Origin: Monocercomonoides exilis PA203
Lineage: Eukaryota > Protista > Preaxostyla
NCBI GenBank assembly: GCA_001643675.2
Contig: LSRY02000031.1
Coordinates: 806,001-870,000, forward strand
Direction: 5' to 3'
Length of the DNA: 64,000 nucleotides
Both the position numbers and the translations under genes were made by a program. Numbering within the stretch: position 1 is the stretch's first letter; each line of letters opens with the position of its first letter. Of the stretch, positions 59,137-64,000 are shown one piece after another. A model generated the notes under the pieces. The model was not told the origin of the DNA. It was given only the letters and a program-made list of their open reading frames with translations, and searched no databases.

Positions 59137-59309
59137 TCAGTTCAGTTTTCTTTTTTGATCGCAACTCTTTAAATTTTTTGTTGGATTTCGATTTTATAAA
59201 ACTGTTACGTATTTCAAAAATCAGAATTTCACGAGGTGAGGGAAAAAATCTAAATGTATCTTTTTTCGGTTGTTCACCAAAATTTTTCGTTTCAAAAAAA
59301 ATATGAAAA

Positions 59310-62300
59310 TTAATGAAGGTTTTTTTTCTTTTTTTTATAAAGAATACATTTGTTCACTTTCTTTTCTTCGATCTGAGAGTTTGTAATAATTGGACGTAAT
59401 GGATTTCTTTCCGAATTGTCTCTTTCCATCATTTCTTTTCTTCTCTGTGATCTTGTTTGAACAATAAACTGGATGCATTTTTGTTCTATGATTTCATTTT
59501 CGTTTTTCTCGTTTTCATTGTTCGTGGTATTTTCATGATTTTCGCAATTATACAAAGACTCATTGTCATATGGCTTTTCGAGATGGTCTGGTTGTGAGAT
59601 CTCTTCTCTTGCTTTCACTGTTTCATGGCCTTCTGGCAAACGTGATTGTTGATTGATTGTCATGATGGAATCTTTTTCGTCTGGTGCAGTTGTGGATGGA
59701 GGAACCGTGGAAGGCTGTTGAATTGCTTCCTTTGTCTCCTGATTGGACGATATAATCTAGGCCATCTTGTTTGATATGTTGGATTTGAAATAATGTTTAA
59801 TCACCGTGTTGCTTCTGGGGGATAATCTTGCGAATTTTGCCACCTGTTCGACTGGAGTTCCCGCCATTGTTAAGGCTGATATGGAGGCGTGTTTCAATGT
59901 GTATGGGCTGTAGTTCGAAGGGATTCTTGCATTTTTCATCATTTCGCTGGCTGCTTTTCGAATTACTATGGCTTTCAAAGGATCGTATGTTGAAGAGCTC
60001 AGAAATAGTTTATTGGAAGTTGGATTGTGAATGTTCACTCGACCCCACAAGAATTTGAAATGTTGAAACATATAAAATGTCTCCCATCCACGTTGAACTT
60101 GCAACGCCTGTAAAGCACTCTTTGGCCAGTTCACGTGACATGTTTCTTGATGCTAAAATCTCGTTCTACCACGATTCTCCCTTTTCAGTTATGGATTAAT
60201 TAAACATATTTTCAATCTCCCTGGAGGAAGAGTTTCATTCATTAACTTCATCAATATTCGTTCCTTGATAATCACAACCGATCTCCTCCATGTCCAAGAG
60301 ACGTGATTTGTGTTTTTCTGAAGAGATTTCCATATCTGATGCTTCCAATCGGGAAGAAGAAGAAGAAGAAGAAAAAGAACTTGAGCTTTCTCCATCGCTT
60401 CATTTGGGATCACTGTTAGTCTCAAAGGAACTTGTGGATGTGCAAGAACTGTCTCGTTTCTCCATGAAATATGAAACCCGTCTTGACATAAATTGCTTGC
60501 TGGTCCACACCATCTCGTTGATTTTGTGTTTTCTTTTGTTGCGAAGGCATCGAGTGTGATGTGCATCTGAAGCTGATTGGTGATCTCTTTAAATGTTTCT
60601 TGTTCGACTTCGTAATCTCCTAATTTTGTAAATCTCTATTGACCGTCTGAACTGAGGTTTTTCTCTCCAGGAATATGTTAAGATCTCACGACAACTTTCA
60701 GCACTTGGGTTTGATTCCATATTTTCTTCAGAAGGGTTCTGAGATTCGGACCCGCTCCCCATCGATTCAGATTGTAAACTGCTGTTGTGTTGTCTGATCG
60801 AATAAACAGATTTCTTATTTCTTGATTTCGAATGGAATTTGAGAAATGGGCGATGGCTTGATTTATAGCGAATAACTCTCTGTAATTTGAACTTTGGTTT
60901 CTGACTGGAGGTGGAAGAGGTTTGTGAAAGTCCAGCATTTGATTGTTGACTTATAGTGTTGCGCCTATGGCAAACCCTGATGCATCTGTCGTAAGAATTG
61001 CTTCTGGTCGAAACACTGGATTCAATCTCCTTGGTTGGTTCACTTTCAGCCTTTCGCTCCACTTCCTGAGGCAATTAGTTATCGATGCATTCACGCGCAT
61101 TTTTCCTTTCCATCCACTCAGACTCAAAGCTTTGTTTTGAAGTTTGAATAGTTGTGACAAATTCGGGAGGCTTCTTGACACACGAATCTGGTTGCATTCA
61201 GTTTCCCTATCAACGAGGTAAACTTCTTTATCGAAACAACTCTGTTGTACTGAGCAATCCTCCTCCATTTCTTGCACTCTTTCATCAGTTCGGTTTTCTT
61301 CGATCACTTCACATATAACACAAATCGATAGGTATCCCATTGGAAGCCTAATATTTTGAGCTGCTGACTTGGAACCAAATGACATTTTTCTGAATTGACC
61401 AATAGTCCCAATTTGTTGAAAAACGAGAGGGTTTTCTCCACTATAATATTGAGTTCTTGTGGATCTTGATGAAGAAGAACAATATCGTCCAGGTGTGCAA
61501 CATTTTTCACATTCCATTCCTCCCTCATTTATTTTAGAACTTTTCTCATCTCTTTTGTGAACGTTTGATGCGCGTCTTTGAATCCAAAAGGCATTCCGTG
61601 GTAAGCGTAGTATTTTCCTTTTAAAGCTTACGTAAGGAATGGCGATAATTCTTCGCTGACTTTTATAAGATAATAAGCTTGGCTCAAGTCCAATGTGACT
61701 GCGTAATCTTTTTCTTGCATAATTTTCTCCACCGTTCTGTGGTCTTTTTGCTTGTAACAAATCGTCTTGATTGCATTGTTGAGTCTTCTGCAATCCACGA
61801 TCTGCCTCCAGCCACCGTCTTTCTTTCTTATTGCAAACACTGTATTCAAATGCTTAATATCCTTCTCCTGAATCAATTCGATGATATTTGTTTCCAGTTG
61901 CTTCTTGATTATCTCTGAAAAGGCTTGTTGGGATTTTTGACTCAAATGCTCCAAAGGGTTGAAAACTCCTGTTTTTTGAGTGATTCCTTTGCGGCTTTGT
62001 TCCTCCATGCAGGGATGACTCCTTTCCTAATAATTCGTGCTCCTCCAATTTCTTCCCATTCTTCTCGAAATAAACAAGTTCTTCCTTCAATCATTGTCTC
62101 TTGTCGGACTTTTGTGGGATGTTGAATGCTGTTCGTTTCTTCTAGTTAAAGAAACGACCTCTGATTGTCTTCTTGAAGCGAAACCTGAAGCTCTTGGTCG
62201 CAGTCGGATTTGGTTTTGTAGCCTTGACAACCGGGGAGCTGCTTGAAAAAATCTGTGGCAAACTGATCTTCTGGTTGGAATTGTTCTGGCTCTTAACGAA

Positions 62301-63001
62301 CTTCTTCTCATAGGCCAGCTCGTTGTTTGCAGCTTGAATTGTTGACTCTTTTCTGTTTTTCTCCATTCTTCCAGAACTTCTGATTGCCTTTGAGTTTGAA
62401 GACTGGAAGCTGAGCTTTCCTTCATCTGTGCAGCTGCCCTAAAGCCGAATCTTCCTTGAATTCTTACAGATCTTGCATCCTTCAGCTCTTTAGAAACTAA
62501 TAAAATTGCATCTGAAATTGATCCTTTTTCGTCATCTTTTTCTTTTAATTTCGAGTGTGAATAAAGCAGAATTTTAATAGCTGGATATTGATATGCTTCA
62601 GAGATCTCGCCTGCCTTTTCCAATGCGTCGTTCATCCAATTATCTGTTCTCGAAGCAGTAGGAGGGGCCTTTGGCAGAAATGGACTTAAATCATCTTCCT
62701 TCAGGTTAATAATAAGATCTTCCAAATATCTTTCTGGAAAATCCATATCGTATAAGCTGCAATCCGGATCTCTGAGAAATATTGTTTTAAAATTATTTTC
62801 TAGTAGCAAACTATCCTCGCCATGGCTTTCTTTTGCTTCTGAAGCTCCCGGGATCTGTTGGGAAAATTCAGAACTGGAATGAGAAATCATACTCGAAAAC
62901 ATCTCTCCCGGAGGTCCATCTGACATCATTGATGTGGCAGAATTCAACGCGGGTCCAGTGCTGAGTGGAGAGCTGGGGAGCATTCTTTTTCCAAATTGCA
63001 T
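59310..63001 (-). mobile_element. Second, divergent DIRS-like retrotransposon remnant (gag-like, RT, RNase H, MT-like, internally deleted YR)
   Basis: Gag-like 62087..63001. RT GWRQIVDCRRLN, TLDLSQAYY, HLDD. RNase H LTTDASGFAIGA, IRSDNTTAV. MT-like LDAFATKENTK...LAHP. YR YTLKHASIS...KHY. Tail QTRSQRRKEM as in element 1. Many frameshifts. Confidence 0.88.
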
Positions 63002-63425
63002 TGTTCAAAAAGTATATTATCTTATGAACGTTGTGATTTTTTATAATTTGACAGAATCAAATAAATTATTGAAGCTTGATGAAAGAAGTCTTTCTCCCTG
63101 CATATCACCTCTTTTCATAAGAAAAAATACGCTTCATATGTTATAAATTTAACAGATTCAATGTTAATCTTTTAAATGAAAATAATTATGTTTTATTATC
63201 AAAAAGTGGTGATAACAATTGAAGTTATAAAAAAAAGGTCGGAGTTGAAAAACATAGATCAGAGATAAATCGAGAACCAAATTATCTTTACAATAATAGC
63301 AAGATTTCTTTTTCAAACAATTACAACAATCAAAATTAAAAGATAAAAATTTTTAACCCGAGAATAACAATAAATTATATCTTTTCAAAGATCATTGAGG
63401 ATTTCTAATTCTCCCATTTTATACA

Positions 63426-64000
63426 TTAACGAAGGTTCGAAACAATATGTTCATCCAATGAAGTTTTCATTTCCTCTGAATATTCACGATACACCGATCT
63501 CCGGTTCACTTTCTTTGACGAATCATGAAAAACAGTTGTGATTTTCTTTTTGACTTTTCTTCCACATGGCCAGTTGACATTCACCATCCTTTCAAATATT
63601 GGTAATATAATTCCAAAATATCCCAAATATACGAATGTTCCTCCAAGTGAAGTTAGGAGCATCCCATAAGTTACCTTATTTGAACGTTTTGTGATAGCCA
63701 CAGTTTTTTCCATTTTCAATAAAATATTAATTCCAAATCCAGTCGAAAAATACATATTCGATTCATCTTCCAATGAGCCAGCGTTAAATGAAATATGGTT
63801 TAATAGATGACCCTCTCCAGATTTATATTTGCTGCTTGTGTTCTTTTCATTCCTAAAGATCGAAGGAATAATCTCCAAAGTGACATTCAAGGGATTCGAT
63901 CCATGTAGCACGAATTCTTCATTACTAACATAAATACCTTCCATTATTGACTGATAAGTATCAAGATCATCTTTAGCTTTTTTTTGTGCAGGAACAGCTG
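63426..64000 (-). CDS. 3' end of a membrane protein (runs off the window), with a C-terminal TM
   Basis: Open frame with hydrophobic segment YGMLLTSLGGTFVYLGYFGIILPIF followed by a basic tail. Family uncertain. Confidence 0.5.
   Translation of the reverse strand, partial: AVPAQKKAKDDLDTYQSIMEGIYVSNEEFVLHGSNPLNVTLEIIPSIFRNEKNTSSKYKSGEGHLLNHISFNAGSLEDESNMYFSTGFGINILLKMEKTVAITKRSNKVTYGMLLTSLGGTFVYLGYFGIILPIFERMVNVNWPCGRKVKKKITTVFHDSSKKVNRRSVYREYSEEMKTSLDEHIVSNLR

Overview
AT-rich eukaryotic (protist) genomic DNA using the standard genetic code, with GT-AG introns. Gene content and style resemble oxymonads such as Monocercomonoides, which is an inference from recall, not a database match. Bases 1-22509 form one giant inverted repeat folding back at a ~45-nt loop (11491-11535). 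The right arm is deletion-riddled near the fold, so this is most likely a long-read fold-back/assembly artefact that duplicates three real features: a 3-module type-I surface protein, a full-length decayed DIRS-type tyrosine-recombinase retrotransposon with ITRs and an ICR, and the 3' part of a giant receptor-like pseudokinase. The rest of the window holds two giant intronless receptor-pseudokinase paralogues (2615 and 3026 aa), a 451-bp TIR MITE, two decayed Merlin/ISXO2-like transposases, a GRIP-domain golgin and a P5A-type ATPase. It also holds a multi-ubiquitin-like/Cys-rich/RING gene interrupted by two in-frame TAG-ACG codons, a second divergent DIRS remnant and a partial membrane-protein gene. 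Best leads: (i) the receptors differ by exactly one ~411-aa ectodomain module and share near-identical cytoplasmic tails and 3' flanks; (ii) a DIRS circle-junction-like motif lies beyond the Ubl-RING gene, suggesting possible cargo capture.
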